In this document: positions 27,287-37,229 of the stretch, piece after piece | Layout: every line of letters starts with the position of its first letter | How positions within the stretch are numbered: position 1 is the stretch's first letter | Source of the DNA: Desulfosoma sp. | Lineage (GTDB): Bacteria; Desulfobacterota; Syntrophobacteria; Syntrophobacterales; DSM-9756 | Reading direction: 5' to 3' | DNA: 64,000 nt | NCBI GenBank assembly: GCA_037481835.1 | Contig: JBBFKW010000001.1 | Span: forward strand, 64,001-128,000 | Position numbers and translations under genes: made by a program | The notes under the pieces: generated by a model | The model's database searches: none | Told to the model about the DNA's origin: nothing | The model's input: the letters and a program-made list of their open reading frames with translations, nothing else

Positions 27287-28582
27287 CTACGCCGCCGCCT
27301 GAAAGCACCCGCGCACAATCCCGATGACCCGCTCCAAGTCGCCGGAGGTCATGGCCGTGCCGCTGGGCAAACAGAGTCCCCGCTCGAAGAGCCCCTCGGC
27401 CACCTCTCCCCTCACGACCCTGCAGGAATGGCCACCTCTTTGCGCCTTGGCGTCTTTGCGCGAGGCCCCAAAAACGGGTTGACAATGCATGGGCTTCCAC
27501 ACAGGCCGGGATTCGATGTTTTCTTTTTCCAGGGCGATTCGGATCTCTTCCCTGCTCACTCCGGCCCTTTCGGGATCCACGGTCATCACGGTGAGCCACC
27601 GGTTGCTGCGGCTCCAGTCGGGTTCCGGCATGAAGGTGATTCCCGGAAGATCGGACAGGGCTTCGCGGTACAAGTCGAAAATTTCCCGTCTCCGGCGCAC
27701 GCGCTCGTCCAGCACCCGTATCTGCCCGCGCCCGATGGCCGCCACGATGTTGCTCATGCGGTAGTTGTACCCGATGGTGCTGTGTTCGTAGTGAGGCGCC
27801 GGATCCCGCGCCTGTTGGCTCAGAAAGCGTGCGTATTCGATGAGTTCCGGGTCGTCGCTTGCGAGCATCCCGCCTCCCGAGGTGGTGATGATCTTATTCC
27901 CGTTGAAGGAAAAGACCGCCGCCTTCGCCCCCTTCCCGGCATGCATCCAGTCTGTGTGTCGCCTCAAGCCGCCAAGCCCGCCAAGTGAATTCTTCTCGAT
28001 TTGACCTTCACCCTTGGCGCCTTGGCGCCTTTGCGCGAGGTAATAGGCGCCCACGGCCTCGGCGGCATCCACCACCACCGGCACACCGTAGCGGTCGCAG
28101 ATCTCCAGGATCCGCGGCATGTTGCAGCACTGGCCGTAGAGGTCCGTCGGCACCACGGCCTTGGGAAGTTTCCCCGCCCGAGCGCAGCGCTCCAGTTCTT
28201 CTTCCAGAAGGTCCGGATCCATATTCCAGCTTTCCCGATCCGAATCGATAAAGACCGGCACGGCCCCCTGAAAGACGATGGGCGTCACGCTCCCGATGAA
28301 GGTGAGGGTTGAGGCAAAGACCTCGTCGCCCGGGCCCACCCCCAGGCACCGCAGGGCCAAATGCATGGCGGCGGTCCCGCTTGAGACCGCCGCGCACTGG
28401 CCGATTCCCGTATATTCGGCGAATTCGCGCTCAAAGGCGTCCACCATGGGCCCCAGCGGGGCGATGTAGTTGCTCTCGAAGGCCTCCTTTACGAACCGCA
28501 GCTCCTCTCCCCCCATGTGGGGAGGCGACAAAAAGAGCCGCGGCCATACCTTTTGATTTGAATTGGCATCAAATTTCTTCAC
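27287..28582 (-). CDS. DegT/DnrJ family sugar aminotransferase (PglE/EpsN-like) with two repeat-derived in-frame insertions
   Basis: LSPPHM, SSGTAAMHL, DAAE, SFNGNKIITTSGGG, GYNYRMSN, GLCLPSG. Confidence 0.92.
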   Translation of the reverse strand: MKKFDANSNQKVWPRLFLSPPHMGGEELRFVKEAFESNYIAPLGPMVDAFEREFAEYTGIGQCAAVSSGTAAMHLALRCLGVGPGDEVFASTLTFIGSVTPIVFQGAVPVFIDSDRESWNMDPDLLEEELERCARAGKLPKAVVPTDLYGQCCNMPRILEICDRYGVPVVVDAAEAVGAYYLAQRRQGAKGEGQIEKNSLGGLGGLRRHTDWMHAGKGAKAAVFSFNGNKIITTSGGGMLASDDPELIEYARFLSQQARDPAPHYEHSTIGYNYRMSNIVAAIGRGQIRVLDERVRRRREIFDLYREALSDLPGITFMPEPDWSRSNRWLTVMTVDPERAGVSREEIRIALEKENIESRPVWKPMHCQPVFGASRKDAKAQRGGHSCRVVRGEVAEGLFERGLCLPSGTAMTSGDLERVIGIVRGCFQAAA

Positions 28583-28591
28583 AGGCGATCC

Positions 28592-29107
28592 TTACGATCC
28601 TTGCCCAGCCCCCGGTTCCAAAGGCTTTGTTTTCGCAGGGACTCCCACAGCCACCGCCCCTGGCGGAACGTCGCGTGTCACAAAACTGTGAGCGCCCACC
28701 ACGGCGTTTTCCCCGATGGTCACCCCCGGCATGACGGTGGTATGGCTCCCCACACGGCATCCCTTCTTGAGGACCACCGGCCCGGCCTTGCCGTCTATGG
28801 TGGATACGGAATAAATGGAGCAGTGGGAGCCGATCTGGACTTCGTCCTCGATGGTCACGCCGCACTTGGCGTTGATATAGGTGAAGGCGCCGATGTCCGT
28901 TCTGTACCCAAGCCTGAAATTTTCCGTGTGTTGGACCATCCAGTTATAGACGGTAAGTTTCCCGTCTTCCACCACGGGATAAACCCAGGTGGAAAATCGA
29001 TCCCCCTGGTCATGAGAGGCTCCTGCGGAGGGCGCCGGCGCTCTATGAGGGCACTCGGGGGGGATGGAGATTTCTGGCGGGCACCCCCCCCCATGTTCCG
29101 GATTCAA
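28592..29107 (-). CDS. Hexapeptide-repeat acyltransferase
   Basis: Left-handed beta-helix repeats (VTIEDEVQIGSH, MPGVTIGENAVVGAHS, GVPAK); start uncertain. Confidence 0.8.
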   Translation of the reverse strand: MNPEHGGGCPPEISIPPECPHRAPAPSAGASHDQGDRFSTWVYPVVEDGKLTVYNWMVQHTENFRLGYRTDIGAFTYINAKCGVTIEDEVQIGSHCSIYSVSTIDGKAGPVVLKKGCRVGSHTTVMPGVTIGENAVVGAHSFVTRDVPPGAVAVGVPAKTKPLEPGAGQGS

Positions 29108-29711
29108 TGGATTTGGTTACGCACGCGCCGGCCCCGATGATCACATCGTCTCCGATGGTTAGAGGTTTTTCCCGGGTGCCGTTGATGAAGACGGCCCCCG
29201 TCCCTACATAAACCCGCTTTCCGAAGTGCACCCACCCGGACACATGGACCCCAGGGGCCAGGGTGGTGTAATCGCCCATGATCACGTCGTGGCCGACGGT
29301 GCAGTCCAGATTGATCTGCACATGCCGTCCCAGGGAGATGTTCACGGTGAGGATGGATCCGGCACAAATGATGGTGCCTTCGCCGTACTGGATCCACCGT
29401 GAGCGCTCCACCCGAGGGTGCACCAAAGTGGCGAAGCCCAATCCGGCTGCGGCCGCCTTGGCGGCCAGGGCCTCCCGAGTCCGAGGATTCCCCACCGCCA
29501 CAACGACTTCGGCATCGACGTATTTTGCCGCCGCCTCCTCCAAACCCACCACCGGGATCCCGTTCAGCACTGTGCCCCATCGGCTTTCATCGTCATCGAT
29601 GAAGCAGGCGGGCTCATAAAGGACTGCCTCGTCGCGGCACGATTCCACGAGCCATGCGACTTCACGGGCGAATCCCCCGGCCCCGTAGATGGCGATGCGC
29701 CGGCTCTTCAT
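29043..29711 (-). CDS. PglD/NeuD-family sugar acetyltransferase
   Basis: IYGAGGFAREV, TLVHP, TVGHD, hexapeptide repeats. Confidence 0.88.
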   Translation of the reverse strand: MKSRRIAIYGAGGFAREVAWLVESCRDEAVLYEPACFIDDDESRWGTVLNGIPVVGLEEAAAKYVDAEVVVAVGNPRTREALAAKAAAAGLGFATLVHPRVERSRWIQYGEGTIICAGSILTVNISLGRHVQINLDCTVGHDVIMGDYTTLAPGVHVSGWVHFGKRVYVGTGAVFINGTREKPLTIGDDVIIGAGACVTKSIESGTWGGVPARNLHPPRVPS

Positions 29712-30331
29712 CGTTTCATTCCCCCTGAGTTCCCTAGAAATTCTTCCATGGTCGCCTCCCCCGGCTGACTGATCCCTTCCCTTCGGAGCACCTTGACTAC
29801 CGTCATGAAGAGGATCTTGAGATCCAGCGCCAGGGACCAGTTGTCCACGTACCACACATCCAACTTGAACTTTTCTTCCCAGCTTAGGGCGTTTCGCCCG
29901 TTCACCTGGGCCCAGCCCGTGAGCCCCGGCTTGACCTCGTGCCTTCGCGCCTGCTCGGGCGTGTAGCGGTCGAGATATTGCATCAAGAGCGGACGGGGCC
30001 CGACCATGCTCATGTCGCCCTTCAAGACGTTGTAAAGTTCAGGCAGCTCGTCCAGGCTGGTGCTGCGAAGGAACCGACCAACGGATGTCAGACGCTCCGC
30101 GTCCGGAAGCAACCTCCCGTCGGGCCCCCGGGCATTGTTCATGGTCCGGAACTTGACAATGCGGAAGGGCCTTCCCCCCTTGCCCGGCCGAACCTGCGTG
30201 AAAAAGATCGGGGAGCCTTGGGTGACCCGAATCACCAACGCGATCAGCCACATCAGAGGCGAAACCGCCAAGAACCCGAGCCCCGCAACCGCAAGATCCA
30301 ACAGCCTCTTGTTCAACGCAACGCTCCACAC
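29708..30331 (-). CDS. Undecaprenyl-phosphate sugar phosphotransferase (PglC-like)
   Basis: KRLLD, KFRTM, SLDELPEL, GDMSMVGPRPLL, KPGLTGWAQVNGRN. Confidence 0.92.
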   Translation of the reverse strand: MWSVALNKRLLDLAVAGLGFLAVSPLMWLIALVIRVTQGSPIFFTQVRPGKGGRPFRIVKFRTMNNARGPDGRLLPDAERLTSVGRFLRSTSLDELPELYNVLKGDMSMVGPRPLLMQYLDRYTPEQARRHEVKPGLTGWAQVNGRNALSWEEKFKLDVWYVDNWSLALDLKILFMTVVKVLRREGISQPGEATMEEFLGNSGGMKR

Positions 30332-31489
30332 CTACCCCAGTCCCATCACCTGCATGATGACGGCGTTGACTTTGCGCACGTCGTATTTTTCCTCGGCAAT
30401 TTCGCGGGAACGACGCCCCATTCTCGGGATTAGTGCCGGATTGTCGCAGAAACGGAGCATGGCCTCCGCGAGTTTTTCCACGTTCCTGACAGGCACCAGA
30501 AACCCGTTTTCCCCCCAAATGATGTCTTCGGAGTCTTTGTCCAAGCGTTGCCCGGGGGGCAGGAGCACGGTTTCCCGGCATCCGGGGGCATTGGTCGTGA
30601 TAATGGGCCGTCCCATAGACATGGCTTCCAGGACCGTCCGCGGTGTCCCCTCCCGGTAGGAGGGCAGGACGTAAACGCTGCACGCGGCGAGAGCCGGGCG
30701 AACGTCGTGCAGTTCGCCCAGGTACGTGATCACACCTTCGCGCTGCCATTCGTCAAGTTCCGCCGTGCTGATGCCGGCCGGGTTGGAGTCCCTTGGGCCA
30801 GCCAATGCAAAGTGGGCTTCCGGGTAAAGGGCCCGCACAATCTTTGCCGCCTGCACGTATTCATGCAATCCTTTGTCTCTAAGAAGGCGGCAAATCATTA
30901 GGAAATTCATTTTTCGCGGCAAAGGTGCCCATGCGAAATATCGAACATCGACTCCCGAGCCGTTGATTAAGACACATTGTTTACGGCTCACCAACCTCAG
31001 CCGGCAAAATTCGTTCAGATCGTCTGGATTTTGAAAAAAAACCTGACGGCTTCCTTTGAGGCTCAGGCCGTATAGGGTTTTCGCAGCGAGTCTCGCAAAG
31101 CGTGCCTTTAATCCGTTGTTTTCGCCAAAAGCATAACCCAGCCCGGTAACCATCGAATAACAAGCCCGAACCCTTGCCCATCGCGCAGCCAAGCCTCCCC
31201 AGACAATTGGCTTGATCGTGTAGGTTAAGGCAATATCCGGGCGAATTCTTCGCATGGCTTGATAAAGGGATGCAAAGCTCCGCAGATCTTTCCACGGGTT
31301 CATCCCCGCTCGTACTATCGGAGTCGGGATGAATTCGACTCCCCATCGACCGAGTTCCCGGACCGCATCGCCCTCAGGCTCACCAGCACACGCAAAGACC
31401 TCGTGCCCCAACTCCAGCAGCTCACGGATCAGGGGACCGCGAAAGTTCACCAGCGAGCGCGCAGTGCCTCCGATGACGAAAATCCTCAT
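30332..31489 (-). CDS. GT4 glycosyltransferase (PglA/WbpU-like)
   Basis: SLVNFRG, YTIKP, FQNPDD, GSGVD, PSYREGTPR. Confidence 0.9.
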   Translation of the reverse strand: MRIFVIGGTARSLVNFRGPLIRELLELGHEVFACAGEPEGDAVRELGRWGVEFIPTPIVRAGMNPWKDLRSFASLYQAMRRIRPDIALTYTIKPIVWGGLAARWARVRACYSMVTGLGYAFGENNGLKARFARLAAKTLYGLSLKGSRQVFFQNPDDLNEFCRLRLVSRKQCVLINGSGVDVRYFAWAPLPRKMNFLMICRLLRDKGLHEYVQAAKIVRALYPEAHFALAGPRDSNPAGISTAELDEWQREGVITYLGELHDVRPALAACSVYVLPSYREGTPRTVLEAMSMGRPIITTNAPGCRETVLLPPGQRLDKDSEDIIWGENGFLVPVRNVEKLAEAMLRFCDNPALIPRMGRRSREIAEEKYDVRKVNAVIMQVMGLG

Positions 31490-31562
31490 TTGCCGGTTTC
31501 TTCTGCTCTGTGAGCGGGGTTTCTCTGGAGGATTCTCAATCCGTGGGTAAGGACGCCATTAT

Positions 31563-33533
31563 TCAGTGCCACGCCTCCAGCCAAGCCTCAAACATCAAAA
31601 CATCCCAGAGGTGATATTGCCAGTTGCGCTTCCCCGAAAGGTGCTCCTCCCATTTCTGTCGTATGGGGACCGGGTCAAAAAAACCCTCTCGCTTGAGTCG
31701 AGATTCGCTCAGCAACTCCTCCGCCCAGTCACGAAGAGGGCCACGAAGCCAGTATTCAATAGGTAGGCCAAAGCCCGTTTTGGGGCGTTCCACCAAGGGG
31801 CGAGGAACATGCCGATAGAGAACCTGTCTGAGCAACCACTTGCCTTGCCCGTTACGGATCTTCATGGACATCGGGAGGCTCCAAGCAAATTCAACCACGC
31901 GGTGGTCCAGAAAGGGCGCGCGCGTTTCCAGACTCAAGCTCATGGCCGCCCGATCTACTTTGACCAGAATATCGTCTGGAAGATAGGTGATTGAGTCCAG
32001 ATACATGATCCGCTGTTCGAAATTTAAGTCTTCCAACCACTTCTCGGGGGTTGTTACCGGAGTATCCGGTTCTTCGGCTCCAAGAACGATCCGAGCCGGA
32101 TCATTCCAATGAGAAACAAGGGCGAGGTAGAGAGCCTCAGGTCGATCCGCACCGAATAGACCCGCCAACTTGTGCAATTTATCCCCCGGGTTGTTGTAAT
32201 GCCAGCCGGAGGGCATCATCGGAGCTAACAAGCTAAAAATGCGATTCCATTGGACCGGCGAAATGGACACGAAAGCGCGAGCAAGGATTCTCGGAAGAGC
32301 CTTCGGTGTTCGGGCGAGCAATTCCACTAAACGACCGCCCCAGAAATGACGGTTATAGCCGCCGAAAAGTTCGTCACCGCCATCGCCTGATAGGGCCACC
32401 GTCACATGCCTTCTTGCCAGTTGAGCCACAAGATAGGTGGGAATTTGTGAAGAATCCGAAAACGGTTCATCATAAATTTGGGGGATCCGGGGGATAATAT
32501 CCAGCACTTGGCCGGGGGTCACGTATAGCTCGGTGTGGTCGGTTCTTAGATGTTGTGCCACGATCTTGGCGTGTTCTGCTTCGTTGTACTCCCGCTCGTG
32601 AAACCCGATGGTGAAAGTGCGAACCGGTGTTTGTGCTTGAGCCTGCATGATTGCTACCACGGTCGATGAATCGACGCCGCCCGACAGAAAGGCACCGAGA
32701 GGCACGTCAGCCAGACGCTGGCCGGCAATGCTCGCATGAAGCAGGCGTTCCAGTTCGTCTACCGCTTCGTCTTCACTTCCTTGAAATGGTTTGCTTAAAC
32801 TCTTTTCAATCGCTTCCCGCATGGACCAGTATGTGCGCACTTCTTCTCGGCGAGGTCCTGCCGGCTTGCCATTTTCTGCGCGGAACTGGACAAAACAGCC
32901 CGGTTGCAGCTTACAAATGCCCTCATAAATGCTCCAGGGAGCCGGCACACAGTTGTAACGAAGAAAGAGAGCTAAGGCACGCCGCTCAATGTGAGCCTCA
33001 AACCCAGGATAAGCATGGATCGCCTTGAGTTCGGAAGCGAAAACCAGCGTCCCGTTTATCCACCCGTAGTAAAGTGGTTTTTCGCCCATCCGATCACGGG
33101 CAAGGGTTAGCGTTCGGGCTTTGGTGTCCCAGACGGCAAATGCGAACATCCCAACGGTCTTCTTGAGGGCAGGGACCACGCCCCAGGCATCGAATGCCGC
33201 TAGCAGCGTTTCTGTGTCCGAATGCCCTCGCCATATTGGGGCAGAGCCAGCCCTTCCCAGCTCCGCGCGCAGTTGCAGATGATTGTAGATTTCTCCGTTC
33301 AAGGCGATTACATATCTACCCGATGCAGAAACCATAGGTTGCCGCCCGGCATTCGAAAGATCGAGAATAGAAAGCCGACGGTGAGCTAAAGCAAAACCCG
33401 ATACTGCATCAACCCATACTCCACCATCGTTGGGCCCACGATGGTACAGCTTTTCGGACATACTAGAGCAAATGAGAGATGCTCGATTGGGGTTTATAGG
33501 GTGTTGCTGCCAAAAACCGTTTAACCCGCACAT
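31563..33533 (-). CDS. asnB: Asparagine synthase-like glutamine amidotransferase (sugar amidation, WbpS-like)
   Basis: N-terminal MCG, HRRLSILDL, NGEIYN, RDRMGEKPLY, LSGGVDSS, SGDGGDELFGGY. Confidence 0.92.
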   Translation of the reverse strand: MCGLNGFWQQHPINPNRASLICSSMSEKLYHRGPNDGGVWVDAVSGFALAHRRLSILDLSNAGRQPMVSASGRYVIALNGEIYNHLQLRAELGRAGSAPIWRGHSDTETLLAAFDAWGVVPALKKTVGMFAFAVWDTKARTLTLARDRMGEKPLYYGWINGTLVFASELKAIHAYPGFEAHIERRALALFLRYNCVPAPWSIYEGICKLQPGCFVQFRAENGKPAGPRREEVRTYWSMREAIEKSLSKPFQGSEDEAVDELERLLHASIAGQRLADVPLGAFLSGGVDSSTVVAIMQAQAQTPVRTFTIGFHEREYNEAEHAKIVAQHLRTDHTELYVTPGQVLDIIPRIPQIYDEPFSDSSQIPTYLVAQLARRHVTVALSGDGGDELFGGYNRHFWGGRLVELLARTPKALPRILARAFVSISPVQWNRIFSLLAPMMPSGWHYNNPGDKLHKLAGLFGADRPEALYLALVSHWNDPARIVLGAEEPDTPVTTPEKWLEDLNFEQRIMYLDSITYLPDDILVKVDRAAMSLSLETRAPFLDHRVVEFAWSLPMSMKIRNGQGKWLLRQVLYRHVPRPLVERPKTGFGLPIEYWLRGPLRDWAEELLSESRLKREGFFDPVPIRQKWEEHLSGKRNWQYHLWDVLMFEAWLEAWH

Positions 33534-34821
33534 TTTTACGCATCCCCTTTATGCCGTTGGAAGGCATTTCAATAAGCAAACGGACTGTAGCGAGTGTCAG
33601 CCAAAAAAAAGGATGCCGCAGTACATAATGAAAAAGGCTAAATATGAAGAGGCTGTAAAGAGCTAATGCAAGCATTGTTCGTTGTCTTCGTATCGCAGCC
33701 AAGAACATGCTGGCCATCAGCGTCAAGTAAGCCGCAATCCCCAGGAAGCCGGCGCTTGCGCCCCAATCAATCAAAGAATTATGCGCTTCACTTCCTCCGT
33801 AAGGCCCTACTAAGCCGGAGTGCGAACCAGGCCCTAGGCCGACAAGGGGAGAAGAAAGTATCGCTTTCATCCCATTTTCCCATAGTATAATTCTAATATG
33901 CCCCTGCTCATTTTGTTCATAAAGCGACCTAATACTATTGTAAAGCAAGGAGATAAGTTCCAGATTTAATATGCTTTCAACAAGAAACGCTATGATCGGG
34001 ATGAGAAGTACTAGAATACAGCCCAATACGACCCAGCGAGAATTTCTTCTGCCTCGACGAGCCGAGAAAAAGAGAATCAAGATCGCCATGAAGAAAACAG
34101 TTGAACCCCACGCAACGACTAAGGCATCGCTCTGAGTTGCTGTCCCACCCATGACGATAAAAGTGGCAGCGGCCCACCAGCCAGCAGAGTTGGCACCTTT
34201 AGCCCTCAATCCCAAGTCTGCCGCAATAAATGGTATAGGCGCCAGAAGGAGTGCCAGTTGATTCGGATTTTTGGCCCACCCCGTAAAGCGAGTAACGGCG
34301 TAATGGAATCGGATATTTCCAATCGATTCGGTTGAATAAGCCAAAATTAACATACAAACAAACGAGATTACCACTAGACTAACAAGCCAGCGAGCCATAC
34401 AGACAGGGTCTGTAGAGACCTCACGACACAAACTGTACGATAGTAAGATGAACACCAAAAATGCAAAGGCTCCGGAGTCGTGCAGAGCACTAGCGTCGTC
34501 AGCGGCCTTGCCGACTAAATGAGCTGTGAGACTTCCAGCCGCTAGGCAGAGCGCGGAAATGCACCAGAATCTAAGGAAGCCCACCATGTTCCTCGAGATT
34601 TTTGGTGTGGTGCGGTCGATCATAAAGGATGAGAAGGAGGTCCAAACAGCCCACGCAAGCAAAATAAACTCACCAGGCCCAAATGGCATCGTTTCAAGCC
34701 GAAGCTGCGTTGCGGTCGTCAGAACACTCCCAATCGATAACCATGCCGAGTTGATATGATTTCGCAAAGAGATAAAGTTTATGCTGCTAGCCGATTTATT
34801 AGAGTAAGTTTTAGTTGGCAT
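33463..34821 (-). CDS. O-antigen polymerase/ligase (Wzy_C) family membrane protein
   Basis: Many TM segments, KNPNQLA, R...W...GLGPG, EAHNS. Confidence 0.8.
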   Translation of the reverse strand: MPTKTYSNKSASSINFISLRNHINSAWLSIGSVLTTATQLRLETMPFGPGEFILLAWAVWTSFSSFMIDRTTPKISRNMVGFLRFWCISALCLAAGSLTAHLVGKAADDASALHDSGAFAFLVFILLSYSLCREVSTDPVCMARWLVSLVVISFVCMLILAYSTESIGNIRFHYAVTRFTGWAKNPNQLALLLAPIPFIAADLGLRAKGANSAGWWAAATFIVMGGTATQSDALVVAWGSTVFFMAILILFFSARRGRRNSRWVVLGCILVLLIPIIAFLVESILNLELISLLYNSIRSLYEQNEQGHIRIILWENGMKAILSSPLVGLGPGSHSGLVGPYGGSEAHNSLIDWGASAGFLGIAAYLTLMASMFLAAIRRQRTMLALALYSLFIFSLFHYVLRHPFFWLTLATVRLLIEMPSNGIKGMRKNVRVKRFLAATPYKPQSSISHLL

Positions 34822-34903
34822 GTATTAACATATAACCTCATGTTACTAATAACGGGTGCAACATATCTGTTCAACATTAATAGAATGGGTTTTTGGCTGG
34901 AAG

Positions 34904-35100
34904 TTATATGTACTTTGGATGGTTCATTCGATTGAAGCGAGCAGTCAACGCTTCAAGCATCCGCATTGCTAACCGTTTTCTGGAAAAATGCAGGATCTCT
35001 TCAAGGTTCGGGGCAAATGTGGACAAAAGGCCTCTCGCTTGAAGGTTGTCATTTAAGATACCAGCTGAGTCCATGAATAGAAAAGCGGCAGACTGACGGT
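34904..35100 (-). pseudogene. C-terminal remnant of a glycosyltransferase paralogous to 35923-37218
   Basis: LLSTFAPNLEEILHFSRKRLA aligns by eye with LMAIYSPKTDEILKYSRRRLA. Confidence 0.5.
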
Positions 35101-35253
35101 GCCGCATTCGAAATCCATTTCGCGGCTGGGTGACGGCCGCTTTCGCCTCCCCCGGAGGCGTCCAGGCCTTTAGGGGCCGGAGAAACCGTTTGCAGTAGTG
35201 AAATTTTAGAATACTTCCATCGGAACATACGACATTTTAGCGAGTCATAATTC

Positions 35254-35921
35254 TCATGCTCCGGCTGCATAGCGCTGATAGAATGTTTGTCTGATATAAA
35301 GCAAATATGTAAGAGAAACCATAACAACAGTAAAGTAGCCTAGGAGCGTGTCCGAGAACGAACCCGCAGGCCTCTTCTCCTGGGAGCGCGGGCCTCGGGC
35401 CCGCACGAGAAGCGGGCGAGACACCCGCGCTCCCAGGAATATGCCATTCTCGGACAGCCTCCTAGCTGGTTTGGGTTATTGAATGTTGCGGTTTCGCGAG
35501 AAGCGACCTCCACTTGTCTAGCGCTAATTTGCCCAAACAAGACGGCGGCAGCAGTAATTAGGACGGCAGTCATGGCTCCGCAGCTTAGAGCCCTCGATCC
35601 GTGCTTGCGAACATAAGAGAAAACCGCCTGTGTAATGATAAAATTATATGTATAGAAGAACGCATTTTTCACACCTTCAGAACTTCCGCTTGCAAATCCA
35701 GCGAGCGATTCAACAAGCAACACGTGCGCGCAAAGCAAAAGATAGCAAATACTCCAACGAGCAGGGTGGAATCCATTAACTAAGATCCACACAGTTGCAA
35801 ACAAAAAAAGCACAACATGGGCCGGTTGTATATTTCCTGAGGGGAAAATATACATGGGTAGAAGCGAAATTCCCAATGCGAGGAATGGACCAAAAACACT
35901 TGAATTGGATATCGTAGACAT
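35254..35921 (-). pseudogene. Wzy-like membrane protein gene interrupted by a MITE and truncated
   Basis: Removing the element and one CTAG restores FNNPNQLGYFTVVMVSLTYLL; stop follows soon after. Confidence 0.75.
35344..35461. mobile_element. 118-bp MITE with IS5-like terminal inverted repeats and CTAG target duplication
   Basis: CTAG at 35340-35343 and 35462-35465; TIR GAGCGTGTCCGAGAA / TTCTCGGACAGCCTC; internal palindrome 35379-35437. Confidence 0.85.
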
Positions 35922-35922
35922 T

Positions 35923-37218
35923 TTAGTTGCCTTGGCGCCTCCAATGCTCTATCAGTTCTCTAAACAAGCTATAGGCAAGCCGTCTTCTCGAATACTTCAA
36001 AATCTCATCCGTTTTTGGCGAATAGATGGCCATAAGCCCTCCCCCTTTTAAAGTATTCATAAGGAGGTCAGGAATATTCGAGTAATCTTTAGGATCGACT
36101 ACCATTCCAGTTCCTGTCGTTCGTAATATTTGTCCTATTTCGAAATCTTGTCGACTGCCGACACAAATAATCGGCCGTCCAGCTGTGAGATATTCGTACA
36201 GCTTACCTGTTAGGATTCCACGCGCTTCCGCTGAGGAACTTTCCAACAAGAGTAAAAGCCATGCACACCTCTGCGCATCCAAGGCCCGATCACGAGGTAC
36301 ATGGCCCATGAACCGAATGAAGGATGCGTAGCGGGGATCTTTAGCCAATGCCTCGATTGGTTCAACTTGTGAACCATAGATATCCAGGGTGATCATTCCA
36401 TCCGCGATCTTTCCAGACTGGAGGAGAAAAACCAATGCGTCCAAGACAGGTTTTGGATCATGAAAGCCTTCATATATTTTGCCCGTATAAACGATCCTCA
36501 AGGGGGGCTCTGGCACGTCCAAGGGGTTTGCAAGGCGACGCCGGACTTCCTCTTCGTCCACATCAAATCCGTTGGGATTATAGATCACCCTCTTACTCAT
36601 CAAGCATTCGAGTTTTTCTACCATGTCCTTGGAAACCGCGCTTAGTAGGTCAGCATGTGCCCCCACGCTTTTAAGTTCAGACCGCCTGATTTCCTCCAGA
36701 AGTTCAATCGAGTCGCCAACAGATCGATTCTGACTCCAAAGATCGCGATAATCCGCCAGCCAAAATAGGCCAGGATTGGCCACCTTCATGTCGGAACCAA
36801 TGAGGTGTGTTGCAGGAGGCCCAAAACTACTCACAACAATATCAGCCCATTGTGCAAGCCGCGTTACGTGCACTTGCACAGCTTTTCGCCACGGGGCACG
36901 GGGGTCTAAGACAAAATGGCTGTTCCTCTTCCATGCCGACTTTATTACTTTAGCGAGACGCCGCAACCGTTCACTTTTCAATAGGAAAGTAAAGGGACCC
37001 GCGGGGGATTCGTAAGGTGCCTCTATGACTCGGACTCCACTGGGACTCGGAAGATGCAGATCCAGAGGCTGATCAAATGGCTGCTTCTTTGCCGTCAGTA
37101 CAACGACCTCCGCTCCCGCCTCCTTCCAATATCTGGCCCATGAATAAGGTCGATGCGTGGCGATTGCGTTCCTAGGCGGCCAATCGTAGGTGATTATGAC
37201 GATTCGTGGTTTATTCAT
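35923..37218 (-). CDS. GT4-like glycosyltransferase
   Basis: IITYDWPP, DYRDLW, PNGFD, YTGKIY, GKLYEYL. Confidence 0.85.
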   Translation of the reverse strand: MNKPRIVIITYDWPPRNAIATHRPYSWARYWKEAGAEVVVLTAKKQPFDQPLDLHLPSPSGVRVIEAPYESPAGPFTFLLKSERLRRLAKVIKSAWKRNSHFVLDPRAPWRKAVQVHVTRLAQWADIVVSSFGPPATHLIGSDMKVANPGLFWLADYRDLWSQNRSVGDSIELLEEIRRSELKSVGAHADLLSAVSKDMVEKLECLMSKRVIYNPNGFDVDEEEVRRRLANPLDVPEPPLRIVYTGKIYEGFHDPKPVLDALVFLLQSGKIADGMITLDIYGSQVEPIEALAKDPRYASFIRFMGHVPRDRALDAQRCAWLLLLLESSSAEARGILTGKLYEYLTAGRPIICVGSRQDFEIGQILRTTGTGMVVDPKDYSNIPDLLMNTLKGGGLMAIYSPKTDEILKYSRRRLAYSLFRELIEHWRRQGN

Positions 37219-37229
37219 AAAACTCGTGC

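Noticed and set aside
25849..28040. CRISPR array interpretation of the ~30-bp CGCAAAG repeats
   Set aside because: Irregular spacing, mixed orientation, internal 8-bp periodicity, no unique equal-length spacers and no cas genes
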